Below, piece after piece: positions 1 through 8,514 of a stretch of 64,000 nucleotides of DNA. The first letter of the stretch is position 1, and each line of letters starts with the position of its first letter. The translations under genes were made by a program, and so were the position numbers. Source of the DNA: Gemmatimonadales bacterium (GTDB lineage Bacteria; Gemmatimonadota; Gemmatimonadetes; Gemmatimonadales; GWC2-71-9); the NCBI GenBank assembly GCA_039794085.1, contig JBDIWC010000014.1, positions 16,227 to 80,226 on the forward strand. Reading direction: 5' to 3'. The notes under the pieces were generated by a model. The model made no database searches, was not told the DNA's origin, and saw only the letters and a program-made list of their open reading frames with translations.

Positions 1-88
1 GACTTTTCCATGGGGAGACCGGGCTGGTCAGGGGTCCCCGTTGCCAGCCTGATCCGATTTGTGTAAACTTATGTGTAAGGAGACACAC

Positions 89-289
89 ATGGCAACCAAT
101 CTCGCGATCGACCCCAAGCTTCTCGAACGCGCCCTGGAGATCAGCGGTGAGCGCACAAAGAAGGCCGCGGTCACGAAAGCGTTGCAGGAGTTCATTGCCC
201 GCCGTGAGCAGAAGCGGATAGTTGAACTCATGGGTAAACTCGAGTGGGACGACTCGTTCCACTACAAGGCCGAGCGCTCCCGGCCGTGA
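89..289 (+). CDS. vapB: VapB-type antitoxin (DUF2191-like)
   Basis: MATNLAIDPKLLERAL...TKKAAVTKALQEFIARR ribbon-helix-helix-like pattern; AAGGAG SD before ATG 89; stop overlaps the PIN gene start (GTGA). Confidence 0.85.
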   Translation: MATNLAIDPKLLERALEISGERTKKAAVTKALQEFIARREQKRIVELMGKLEWDDSFHYKAERSRP

Positions 290-711
290 CACTGTTTGTG
301 GACACGAGCGTGTGGTCGCTCGCTCTGCGCCGAGACGCCTCGGCCTCTGAACCCGAGGTCCACATACTCAAGGATGCCCTGCTGGGCGCCGATGTTGTTG
401 TCACGACCGGGCTGGTTCTCCAGGAACTGCTTCAGGGATTCTCCGGACCGAAGTCGCGTGCGCAGATCATCGAGCGCTTCGCAGCACTTCCGTTGATACA
501 GCCCGATCGGGAAGACCATGTCGCAGCCGCCGAGCTCCGGAACACGTGCCGCAGAGCAGGTGTGCAGGTCGGCACCATCGACGCGCTGCTCGCTCAGTTG
601 TGCATCCGGCACGATCTGACGCTCCTGAGTACCGACAACGATTTCGCGCTTGCTGTTCCGCACTGCGCCCTCCGCGTGTGGGCGCCAAAGGTCAGGCCCC
701 GCCGAGGGTAA
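286..711 (+). CDS. vapC: PIN-domain toxin VapC
   Basis: VDTSVW, QELLQG, IDALLAQ, LLSTDNDF acidic PIN motifs; GTG 286 coupled to the antitoxin stop. Confidence 0.9.
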   Translation: MTLFVDTSVWSLALRRDASASEPEVHILKDALLGADVVVTTGLVLQELLQGFSGPKSRAQIIERFAALPLIQPDREDHVAAAELRNTCRRAGVQVGTIDALLAQLCIRHDLTLLSTDNDFALAVPHCALRVWAPKVRPRRG

Positions 712-837
712 CGCCCACCCCTGCGTCGCTTGGGGGATCCGGCGGATGGTGCGGGCCGAAGGCCCACCCCCGGGATACTAACGCTCCTAACGACCTCGCC
801 AATCCGGAAATCGGTCATTCAGATCCCTCCAAGCGAC

Positions 838-869
838 AAGGTACACCCTGCACCATGGTACAGGGTCTA
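838..869 (-). promoter_or_regulatory. MerR-family-type promoter/operator (leftward)
   Basis: Minus strand TAGACC-N20-TACCTT with dyad ACCCTGcACCATGGTaCAGGGT (845-866). Confidence 0.6.
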
Positions 870-913
870 GGCCTTTCCTCCTGGCGCCGAGCGCGGCTCT
901 CCGGAGGCCGGTC

Positions 914-945
914 TTGACTCGACACCATGGTCCAAGGTGTAACGT
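914..945 (+). promoter_or_regulatory. MerR-family-type promoter/operator for the DUF302 operon
   Basis: TTGACT-N20-TAACGT with central ACCATGGT; aligns position by position with the 838-869 box. Confidence 0.7.
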
Positions 946-1003
946 AGCTTAGCGCAGACTCCGCTGTGCGCTCCATCATCCCCCGTGCTTCGAGGAAATC
1001 GTC

Positions 1004-1453
1004 ATGCGTCTCCCGTTCCTGATGGTCACCGCCCTGTTGAGTACCGCCGCGTCCGCAGGTGCCCAGTCGTCCGATCGCGTGGACCACATCTCCGCCCAGA
1101 ACTTCCAGACCACCGTCAAGCAGCTCGAGGCCGCACTCCAGAGCCGAGCCTTCATGATCGTGTCCCGTGCCGATCACCAGAACATGCTCCGGATGGTGGG
1201 AGCGAGCACGAAGGGCGCCGTCTCGATCGATTTCGGCAAGCCCGACATGATGAAGACGGTGCTGCCGGCCCATCCAGCCATCGGACTCGAAATGCCGATG
1301 CGGATGTATGTCTTCGAGCGCGCGGACGGAAAGACCGTCGTGAGCTTCCGCCTCCCCTCGTCCCTCTTCGCCGCCTACGGACCCGATCTCACCATGATGG
1401 GTGGGATGATGGACAAGATGTTCCATGAGATCGCCGCCGAGGCCACACGCTGA
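1004..1453 (+). CDS. Exported DUF302-domain protein, Met-rich
   Basis: Signal peptide; DHQNML, IGLEMPMRMYVFE, KTVVSF motifs typical of DUF302. Confidence 0.8.
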   Translation: MRLPFLMVTALLSTAASAGAQSSDRVDHISAQNFQTTVKQLEAALQSRAFMIVSRADHQNMLRMVGASTKGAVSIDFGKPDMMKTVLPAHPAIGLEMPMRMYVFERADGKTVVSFRLPSSLFAAYGPDLTMMGGMMDKMFHEIAAEATR

Positions 1454-1467
1454 CGGGGGGGATCCCC

Positions 1468-2286
1468 ATGCTGATCACCTGGAATGACGTCGCGTTCGTG
1501 CTGGCGGGTGCGATCGCGATCACCTGGGGGCTGTGGCGCCGGGCCCGGCCCCCCAATCCCCTCCCCTCACCCGGGGTTACCTCCGGGGAGGTGGTGCTGA
1601 CCCTGCTCGCGGCGGTTCCTGCCGCGGTGGGGCCCAACATCCTCGTCGTGGCCCTGACGCCGGGCATGCCAGCCATGCCCGTGCTGGTGCGCTGGGCCCT
1701 GCTGCCCTCCATCGCTCTGTTGGTCGTGGTCTGGGCCTTGTCACGCCGGGCCGGTTACACCCGGCTCGTCAACCGGATCGAGACCGGGATCTGGGTCGGC
1801 ATCGCCGCCACGGCGGCTCTCGACGCCTTCCGCCTCATGAGCTTCTCCCTCGGGTTCCTGCCGGGGAACCTGCCGCGGATGTTCGGCGTGCTGATTCTCG
1901 ACCAGATGGCCATGGGTCCCAGCGTGACCTCGGATCTGGTCGGTTCCCTGTACCATGTCTGGGTGAGCGCATGCTTCGGCCTGGCCTACGCCCTCCTGGT
2001 CGGCCGGACCCGCTGGTGGGGCGGGCTCATCTGGGGACTGATCATCGAGGTGGGCATGATGACGACACCGCCGATGGTGGTGGCCATGGGAACGGGCTAC
2101 TTCGGCTTCGCCGCGGGCAGAGGAATCCTGAACGGGGTCTTCCTGGGCAGTCTGGTCCCGCACATCACCTATGGCATCGCCCTCGGCCTGTTGCTGGAGC
2201 GCTATCTCACGCACCGTGGTACCCTGCTTCACTTGGTGCGGGCAGCCCGACACCCTCCTCCGGGGTCACACCTGAGAGGGAATTGA
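1468..2286 (+). CDS. Uncharacterised multi-pass membrane protein (Met/His-containing)
   Basis: About 7-8 hydrophobic segments; follows DUF302 by 14 bp with a GGGGGA SD. Confidence 0.75.
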   Translation: MLITWNDVAFVLAGAIAITWGLWRRARPPNPLPSPGVTSGEVVLTLLAAVPAAVGPNILVVALTPGMPAMPVLVRWALLPSIALLVVVWALSRRAGYTRLVNRIETGIWVGIAATAALDAFRLMSFSLGFLPGNLPRMFGVLILDQMAMGPSVTSDLVGSLYHVWVSACFGLAYALLVGRTRWWGGLIWGLIIEVGMMTTPPMVVAMGTGYFGFAAGRGILNGVFLGSLVPHITYGIALGLLLERYLTHRGTLLHLVRAARHPPPGSHLRGN

Positions 2287-2491
2287 GGTACACCCCTCTT
2301 GATTCTGACGGTGAATCCAGAAGACATTCAGTAGCGGTTCTTCTACATTGGTCGGGGGGACTCTGAGTTTCCGATCCTCGGTTCGACGAACCGGGATGGG
2401 CCATTCTCATCACACGCTCTCGATCTGGAGGAGATCCATGAGGAAATCATCGCGAGGCGACGCGGCCCTGGGCTCTGGACACTGAGCCCGG

Positions 2492-4693
2492 ATGCGACGC
2501 CGGGATGCAATACGTTGTGGGTCGGCCTTCTTCCTCGCGTGCCTCGCGCTTCTGTTCGTGCGCCCGGCCTCCGCCCAAGGGGCTCCGACGCTCGGAGCCG
2601 GCCCGGATGCCCGTCCCGAGTTGGCGGCCGGACGGATCACGGACAAGATCCGGCTGGATGGGCGACTCGAGGAGCAGGCGTGGGGCAAAGCCGATTCCAT
2701 CACCACGCTGACGCAGACCGAGCCCACCGAGGGCGGCGAGACCACGGGACGCACCGTCGTGAAGGTGCTGGCTGACAAGGACCAGATCATCATCGGGATC
2801 GTTGCCCACGATCCCGACCCGACCGGCATCGTGGCCTTCGCCACCCGGCGTGACGCGTCTCTGCGGGATGAGGACAACGTGCGGATCGTCCTCGATCCCT
2901 TCCTGGACGGCCGCTCGGGCGTGGTCTTCTCGGTGAACCCGAATGGGGCCCGGTACGACGCCCTGGTCTCCCCGGGAGGGGAGAGGGAGAACTCGGATTG
3001 GGACGCGGTCTGGGACGCCACGGCGGTGCGCACGGGGCGCGGCTGGTCGGCGGAGATCTGGATCCCCATCCGCAGCCTGACCTTCCGATCCGACCTCCGG
3101 CGCTGGGGCTTCAACGTGGAACGACGGATTCAGCGCCTCCAGGAAACCTCGCGGTGGGCCAGTCCGGAACGCGATTACAGCTTCACCCAGACCAGCCGCG
3201 CCGGGCTCCTGACGGCGCTCCCGGCGTTCAGCGTCGGGGTCGGGCTCAGCGTACGTCCGTTCGTCGCCGGGGAGGGCGGCAAGCCGGCCCCCGGCGCGGG
3301 CATCGACACGGATCAGAGGGTGGGACTCGATCTCACCCAGCGCCTCGGCGCGAACCTCGAGGCGACCCTCACCGTCAACACCGACTTCGGCGAGACCGAG
3401 ACGGATGCCCGGCAGACGGACCTGAGCCGCTTCCCCCTGTTCTTCCCCGAGAAACGGGCCTTTTTCCTCCAGGGCTCCGACATCTTCGACTTCGGATTGG
3501 GGCTGGGCCGTGATGTCATCCCCTTCTTCAGCCGGAGGATCGGCCTGCTGGAGGGGCGGGAGATCCAGCTGGACGGCGGGACGAAGCTGACGGGGCGGGT
3601 CGGCAATACGAACATCGGCGGGCTCGTCGTGCGGACGGGAGACGAGGAAGGCCTGACACCCGCAAACACCATGGGGGTCGTGCGGGTCAAGCAGAACCTG
3701 CTGGCCGAGTCCTCGGCGGGCTTCATCGCCACCGCCGGCGACCCCCAGGGGCGGGACGGAAGCTGGCTGGCGGGAACCGACGTCACCTATCAGACCTCCC
3801 GCCTCCTGGGCGACAAGAACTTCCTGGTCGGCGTCTGGGGGCTCCTGACGGACCGTGACGGACTCGATGGTGACAAGTCCGCCTTCGGCCTCAGGGTCGA
3901 CTACCCCAACGAGCTGTGGGACGCCTCCGTCACCTTCAAGCATGTGGGGAGCGGCTTCGATCCTTCCCTGGGCTTCGTCTCGCGCCGGGGCACAAACCGG
4001 CTCGACCTGGGTGTGAATTTCAGTCCGCGCCCCGGCTGGGACCTGGTACGCCAGATGTTCTTCGAGTTTCGAGGCTCCCTGGTGACGAGGGTGGATGGAA
4101 GCCTGGAAAGCTGGCAGGTGTTCACGGCGCCGATCAACTGGCGGCTGGAAAGCGGCGACCGGGTGGAGTTCAACGTCATTCCCCAGGGTGAAGGTCTTGC
4201 CGAGCCGTTTGAGATCTCCGACGGAGTGGTGATTCCGCAGGGGCGCTACGACTTCCTGCGCTACCGGCTCGAGGCGAGCTCCGCGTCGAAGCGGCGACTC
4301 AGCGGGATGATCAGTTGGCGCTTTGGAGACTTCTTCACCGGAACGTTGCACGAGATCGAGATCTCCTCGTCCTGGACGCCGGTGCCGCTGTTCACGTTCG
4401 AACTCTCCAACGAGACCAATGTCGGACGCCTTCCGGAGGGGAACTTCACGAAGAACCTCCTGCAGGGCCGGATTCGGATGAACTTCTCGTCGGACCTGGA
4501 GCTGTCGAGTTTCATCCAGTTCGACAACGACAGCGATGTTCTGGGGACAAACACGCGGCTGCGCTGGACCTTTCGGCCCGTCGGGGAGTTGTTCGTGGTC
4601 TACAACCACGCCGTGCGCGACACGTCGGATAGAGGACTCGCCTTCGAGTCGAACAAGCTGATCGTCAAGACCAGCTACGAGTTCCGATTCTGA
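2492..4693 (+). CDS. CBM9-like plus DUF5916 outer-membrane protein
   Basis: LDGRLEEQAW, WSAEIWIPIRSL, NTDFGETETD, FFPEKRAFFLQG, FFSRRIGL motifs; C-terminal Phe. Confidence 0.85.
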   Translation: MRRRDAIRCGSAFFLACLALLFVRPASAQGAPTLGAGPDARPELAAGRITDKIRLDGRLEEQAWGKADSITTLTQTEPTEGGETTGRTVVKVLADKDQIIIGIVAHDPDPTGIVAFATRRDASLRDEDNVRIVLDPFLDGRSGVVFSVNPNGARYDALVSPGGERENSDWDAVWDATAVRTGRGWSAEIWIPIRSLTFRSDLRRWGFNVERRIQRLQETSRWASPERDYSFTQTSRAGLLTALPAFSVGVGLSVRPFVAGEGGKPAPGAGIDTDQRVGLDLTQRLGANLEATLTVNTDFGETETDARQTDLSRFPLFFPEKRAFFLQGSDIFDFGLGLGRDVIPFFSRRIGLLEGREIQLDGGTKLTGRVGNTNIGGLVVRTGDEEGLTPANTMGVVRVKQNLLAESSAGFIATAGDPQGRDGSWLAGTDVTYQTSRLLGDKNFLVGVWGLLTDRDGLDGDKSAFGLRVDYPNELWDASVTFKHVGSGFDPSLGFVSRRGTNRLDLGVNFSPRPGWDLVRQMFFEFRGSLVTRVDGSLESWQVFTAPINWRLESGDRVEFNVIPQGEGLAEPFEISDGVVIPQGRYDFLRYRLEASSASKRRLSGMISWRFGDFFTGTLHEIEISSSWTPVPLFTFELSNETNVGRLPEGNFTKNLLQGRIRMNFSSDLELSSFIQFDNDSDVLGTNTRLRWTFRPVGELFVVYNHAVRDTSDRGLAFESNKLIVKTSYEFRF

Positions 4694-4807
4694 CGCTTTC
4701 TCGTGACGACCCGCCACCGCGGAACGCCTTGGGCCGTCGTCCATGAACCGGACGGGGACGAGCAACTACTTTTCGTCGTGACCGCTTTCCCCAGGGGTGA
4801 GCCATGA
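4694..4807 (+). pseudogene. 3' remnant of a DUF4258-like toxin gene
   Basis: Reads RFLVTTRHRGTPWAVVHEPDGDEQLLFVVTAFPRGEP*, stop overlapping the DUF2283 ATG; no 5' half. Confidence 0.55.
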
Positions 4808-5073
4808 GTGCCTTCTCTCTTCAGATCACGTATCGCAACGGCAAGCCCTTTGCCGCCTATATCTACCTGGCGCACCGGCCGGCCACGAAAAGCGTTCGCA
4901 CGGAGCAAGTCGGACCCGAGCTGCTGATCGATTACGCGGCGGATGGTTCTTCCCTCGGGATCGAGGTCGTCTCGCCTGGGTTCGTGACCGAAGAGGAGAT
5001 TAACGTCGCCTTCGAACGCCTTGGTCTCGAACCGCCTTCGAGCGACGAACTCGCCCCGCTCCGGGCGGCGTAG
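4804..5073 (+). CDS. DUF2283-family protein (putative antitoxin)
   Basis: AAYIYL...LLIDYAADGSSLGIEV motif. Confidence 0.8.
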   Translation: MSAFSLQITYRNGKPFAAYIYLAHRPATKSVRTEQVGPELLIDYAADGSSLGIEVVSPGFVTEEEINVAFERLGLEPPSSDELAPLRAA

Positions 5074-5585
5074 TCGGTTTTCCCCACTCGCGATCCCACG
5101 CGGTGTGTGGCGACGGTTATTGGGGTCGGTGACGCTCCCCCCCCCGAAGAAAACCACTGATGACGCAGGTGAATTGACCCCGAAAAGCCTCCGAGGAATC
5201 CGAACGCTTTCGCCATCGGGAGCAGCAACCAGGCCGCGAAGACCCCCACCGCGTACAGCAGCACCGAGAGATAGAACAGGACCCGCATCCACCGGCCAAA
5301 GGGATGCGAGACATGGCATACCCCTCCCGGCCGGCAGACCGGGCTCGACGAGCGGAACAGGATGCGGTAATCCAGGAGGAGGAGGAGTCCCGCGACGCCG
5401 AAGGTGATTTCCTTGTGGCGCGAGAGGACCGTGATCCAGGGTGCGGCGGCAACCAGCGAGGCCATGACCGTCCCCGCGCCGAGCGCCACCAGGGTGATCG
5501 GGAGGGCACAGCAGAGCAGCGTGCCCGTCGCCGCGACGGGGGTCACCGCTGCGAGAGCCTCCCGCCAACCCCGGGGCTGCGGCAT
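4932..5585 (-). CDS. MerT/MerC-like heavy-metal transporter with run-on C-terminus
   Basis: TLLCCALP Cys pair in TM1, second CxxxxxC loop, 3-4 TM helices; TGATG coupling to the upstream gene; true end probably near 5190. Confidence 0.7.
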   Translation of the reverse strand: MPQPRGWREALAAVTPVAATGTLLCCALPITLVALGAGTVMASLVAAAPWITVLSRHKEITFGVAGLLLLLDYRILFRSSSPVCRPGGVCHVSHPFGRWMRVLFYLSVLLYAVGVFAAWLLLPMAKAFGFLGGFSGSIHLRHQWFSSGGGASPTPITVATHRVGSRVGKTDYAARSGASSSLEGGSRPRRSKATLISSSVTNPGETTSIPREEPSAA

Positions 5586-6493
5586 CAGAAGAGCGCCCTC
5601 GCCCCGATCGCCGGGCGAACGCCGGCGTTCGGCTGGGCTCCGTTCAGGTTCCGCACGGCGGGAATCTGCACGCTCCCCTCCACGAGCAGGTTGGAGCGAA
5701 CCACCCATTGGATTCCGGGGCTGAGCCACGCCTCGTGACCGCCCGAATCGGGAACCGACAGATCCCGGTCCCGGCTTCGCTCCGTGACCACACCATTCCA
5801 CTCCAGATAGAACTGAAGCGTGCGGGTCCGGATCGTCTCCACCTCATCCGGTACCCGAAACCCGATCGCCACGTCGTAGCGCGTGGCCGCGCCGGCGCGG
5901 AACCCGTCGTCGCGGGTCGGGCGACGGTGGCCCACGTCGGCGTTGATTCCCCAGCGTCCCCGGATCACGGTACCGATCAGCGCCAGGCCCCCCTCAAACG
6001 CGCCGCTCCCCCGCTGAGCCGAGCGGGGAAAGGGGGACCCATCCCGCATCCGGGCGTCGGTGGATCCGGTCGGCAATGAAGCCGATCCCGCGAGGGCCAG
6101 ACGCGACGTCCCGCCCAGCCGGTCGTGCGACAGCATCGCCCACTTGAGGCCAACGGTCACATCGCCGAGACCCGCGTGCTCATCCCACTCACCGGCGGAC
6201 ACCCGGAGACGCTTGGCGACGACCGGCACGGTGACCGAGGTCGTCACGCGTTGGGTCGGTGCCCAGGGGAGAAGCACGAACCGGGACACGAGTTGATCCA
6301 CCGGTCCCCGGCGTTCCCCCATGACCACCAGTCGCACCGCCCGCTGCTCGAAGGCGTTGGTCAACGCATTCCCGGTGTGGAACGGGAGCCCCTGCGCCGC
6401 GAGCCGGCTCGGCACGGCCACCGCCCAGAGGAGGACCAGGGAAAGGATCGTCCGCCTCATCCCCCTGGCCAGCCATCGCAACGCCGCCCCCAT
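5585..6493 (-). CDS. Outer-membrane beta-barrel transporter-family protein
   Basis: Signal peptide, GLGDVTVGLK, ASLPTGS, LSPGIQW, terminal Phe. Confidence 0.75.
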   Translation of the reverse strand: MGAALRWLARGMRRTILSLVLLWAVAVPSRLAAQGLPFHTGNALTNAFEQRAVRLVVMGERRGPVDQLVSRFVLLPWAPTQRVTTSVTVPVVAKRLRVSAGEWDEHAGLGDVTVGLKWAMLSHDRLGGTSRLALAGSASLPTGSTDARMRDGSPFPRSAQRGSGAFEGGLALIGTVIRGRWGINADVGHRRPTRDDGFRAGAATRYDVAIGFRVPDEVETIRTRTLQFYLEWNGVVTERSRDRDLSVPDSGGHEAWLSPGIQWVVRSNLLVEGSVQIPAVRNLNGAQPNAGVRPAIGARALF

Positions 6494-6861
6494 CAGGGCC
6501 GGCGAACCTCCCGCACGCTGAAGCCGGCCTGCTGCACCTCCCGCTTGAGCTGCGCATCGGTGAGGACCTGCCCGGTCTTCTCCCGAATCAGCACGAGCCC
6601 GTCACTGATCCGGACCAGGACGCTGTCCACCTCCGGGAGCCTGGTGAGCCGTTTCTCGAGGCCGGCGGCGCAGAACGGGCAGGTCATCCCGTCCAGGCGA
6701 AGGAGCACGGTGCTCCCGGCCAGCAACGAATCGGTTCCGGCGACCCTGGGCATCGGGTCGGTGGGGGCCGTGTGCTGCGCCGCCGCCCCCGGCGGGGCTG
6801 CTGCGAGGGCCAGGGCACCGAGGGTGCCCGCGCCGATCAGGGACTTGATGGGAAACCGCAT
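6493..6861 (-). CDS. Exported HMA-domain metal-binding protein (MerP-like)
   Basis: Signal peptide plus GMTCPFC motif. Confidence 0.9.
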   Translation of the reverse strand: MRFPIKSLIGAGTLGALALAAAPPGAAAQHTAPTDPMPRVAGTDSLLAGSTVLLRLDGMTCPFCAAGLEKRLTRLPEVDSVLVRISDGLVLIREKTGQVLTDAQLKREVQQAGFSVREVRRP

Positions 6862-6926
6862 GGTCCAACCTCCAGTCAGTCGGGGTCCGGGGGCATCCGG
6901 CCTGGTGCCGGAATCCCCTCGACAGG

Positions 6927-6957
6927 ATCATAACCTTGGAGTCAGCTACAGGGTCAA
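6927..6957 (-). promoter_or_regulatory. MerR-family promoter/operator for the HMA operon
   Basis: TTGACC-CTGTAGCTGACTCCAAGGT(19 bp)-TATGAT with an imperfect dyad in the spacer. Confidence 0.85.
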
Positions 6958-7077
6958 GGGGTCGGCCACGAGGCGAGTCTTATGCTCTCGACGACGCTGC
7001 TCCCGGGTGCCTTGGTCTCGCGTAACAGCGCCGCTGCTCGCGTTTTTCGGGTACGGCGCTTCGAGGCGCGCCGGCTT

Positions 7078-7666
7078 CGGACGGAGCAGGCCTACATCCA
7101 GTGAATCCGGCGATTCATCGGGTTTCACGGGCGGCGGCATCCGCGCGAGCTGGGCGTCACCGAGATCCAGGCGTTTCTGGTGCACCTGGCGGTGGAGCGG
7201 CGGCTGGCGGCCGCCACGGTGGCTCAGGCGCGGGCGGCGGTGACCTTCCTCTACCGGTGGGTGCTCGATGATCCGATGCCGGAGCTGAGCGGGGTACAGG
7301 CGCAGCATCTGGCGGATCTGACGGCGGGAGCGGGCCGAGTGGCGCTGCCCGGGGCGCTGGGGCGGAAGTATCCATGCGCGGCGGCATCATCTGCACCCGT
7401 CGGTGGTGCAGCGGGCGGTGGCGCGGGTAGTCCGGGAAGCGAAGCTGCCCAAGCGGGCGGGTTGCCATACCTTGCGCCACAGCTTCGCGACTCACCTCCT
7501 GGAGAGGGGGGCGGGGCGGACATCCGGGCGGTGCAGGAGCTGTTGGGTCACCGGGATGTCTCGACGACGGTGCTGTGTACCCATGTGCTGAACCGGGGCG
7601 GGCTCGGGGTGCGGAGTCCGGCGGACCTCCTGGATCCGGAGGGTCCTGCAGCCTTTACAGGATTAG
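7078..7666 (+). pseudogene. intI: Integron integrase remnant, copy 1
   Basis: [37 protein letters not shown] (IntI patch), [31 protein letters not shown]; stop at 7102, internal deletions, frameshifts, catalytic Tyr to Cys. Confidence 0.9.
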
Positions 7667-7730
7667 GTTGCGGGCGGTACACTCTTTCGGGATTGGGCGG
7701 GGTGGGGAGAGACAGATACACAAGTTGGGC
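7667..7730 (+). other. Candidate attI site 1 (core GTTGGGC 7724-7730)
   Basis: Near-identical to 10083-10146, and similarity collapses shortly after the shared GTT; core is the exact complement of the next attC R'' (GCCCAAC). Confidence 0.65.
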
Positions 7731-7890
7731 CGCAAGACCGACCTTGGCTTGCCGGGACCTCCCTGAGGCATCCTGGATCGGGGTTGCGCTCGTATGGTTT
7801 GGGAAGCTGCCCCTCGGCGCGTGGGTGCCAAGGTTCTGGGGGGGACGAGTGGGGTTGCCCCAGGTCGATCTGCGTGCGAGGTTTCGTCGG

Positions 7891-8127
7891 ATGCCGACCG
7901 TTCTCCGGATCGGGCCGTATCGGTTCTTCTTCTTCTCGGGTGATCGCGGTGGACCCGCGCACGTTCACGTGGCCCGAGGCGCCGATGAGGCGAAGTTCTG
8001 GCTCTCTCCTGTCCGGCTGCACACGAATGGCGGCTTTCGGAGCGTTGAGCTTCGCCGAGTGACAATTCTGGTCGAGGCGAACGAAGACAAGCTGCTGGAG
8101 GGATGGAATGGCTACTTCGGCAAGTGA
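7891..8127 (+). CDS. DUF4160-family protein (cassette TA-like pair)
   Basis: [17 protein letters not shown]...PAHVHV...EAKFWL...WNGYFG. Confidence 0.9.
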   Translation: MPTVLRIGPYRFFFFSGDRGGPAHVHVARGADEAKFWLSPVRLHTNGGFRSVELRRVTILVEANEDKLLEGWNGYFGK

Positions 8128-8434
8128 TACCCGGCAGGCTGCCCTCGCGCAGTCCGTTTCCGTTACCGAGGACGAGCTGGTCATGGTCCTTCTCGATGGT
8201 CGCACCCTGGCGATTCCACTCGCGTGGTACCCGCGTCTCTTACACGGCACGCCGACTGAACGAGCCACTTGGCAGCTGATCGGGCGTGGCGTCGGAATCC
8301 ACTGGCCGGATCTGGACGAGGATATCGCCGTCGCGCACGCTCTCGAGGGCGTACCCTCCGGCGAAAGCGCCGCATCGCTGCGACGCTGGCTGGAGTCACG
8401 GCGAGATGCTGCCCAACAAGGCAATGCAGGCTAA
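8108..8434 (+). CDS. DUF2442-family protein
   Basis: [18 protein letters not shown]...[11 protein letters not shown]. Confidence 0.9.
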   Translation: MATSASDTRQAALAQSVSVTEDELVMVLLDGRTLAIPLAWYPRLLHGTPTERATWQLIGRGVGIHWPDLDEDIAVAHALEGVPSGESAASLRRWLESRRDAAQQGNAG

Positions 8435-8494
8435 CGCGGCCCTCCCTCGCTGTGCTCGGTCGGGTCCTCGCAGCTGATTGCCGAGCCGTTGGGC
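8411..8494 (+). mobile_element. attC site
   Basis: R'' GCCCAAC, R' GTTGGGC; arms GGCAAT[G]CAG[G]CT / AGCTGATTGCC pair with extrahelical bases. Confidence 0.9.
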
Positions 8495-8514
8495 CGTCTG
8501 AGGAGAAGCCGCGA

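Noticed and set aside
705..830. attC after vapC
   Set aside because: TAAC motifs are present but there is no paired R' or arm symmetry
7020..7062. GCGTAAC plus hairpin AGCGCCG/CGGCGCT as an attC
   Set aside because: No matching GTTRRRY R' box; at most a relic
7180..8127. Apparent intI-DUF4160 fusion ORF
   Set aside because: Chance open frame created by frameshifts in the pseudogene; DUF4160 has its own ATG at 7891
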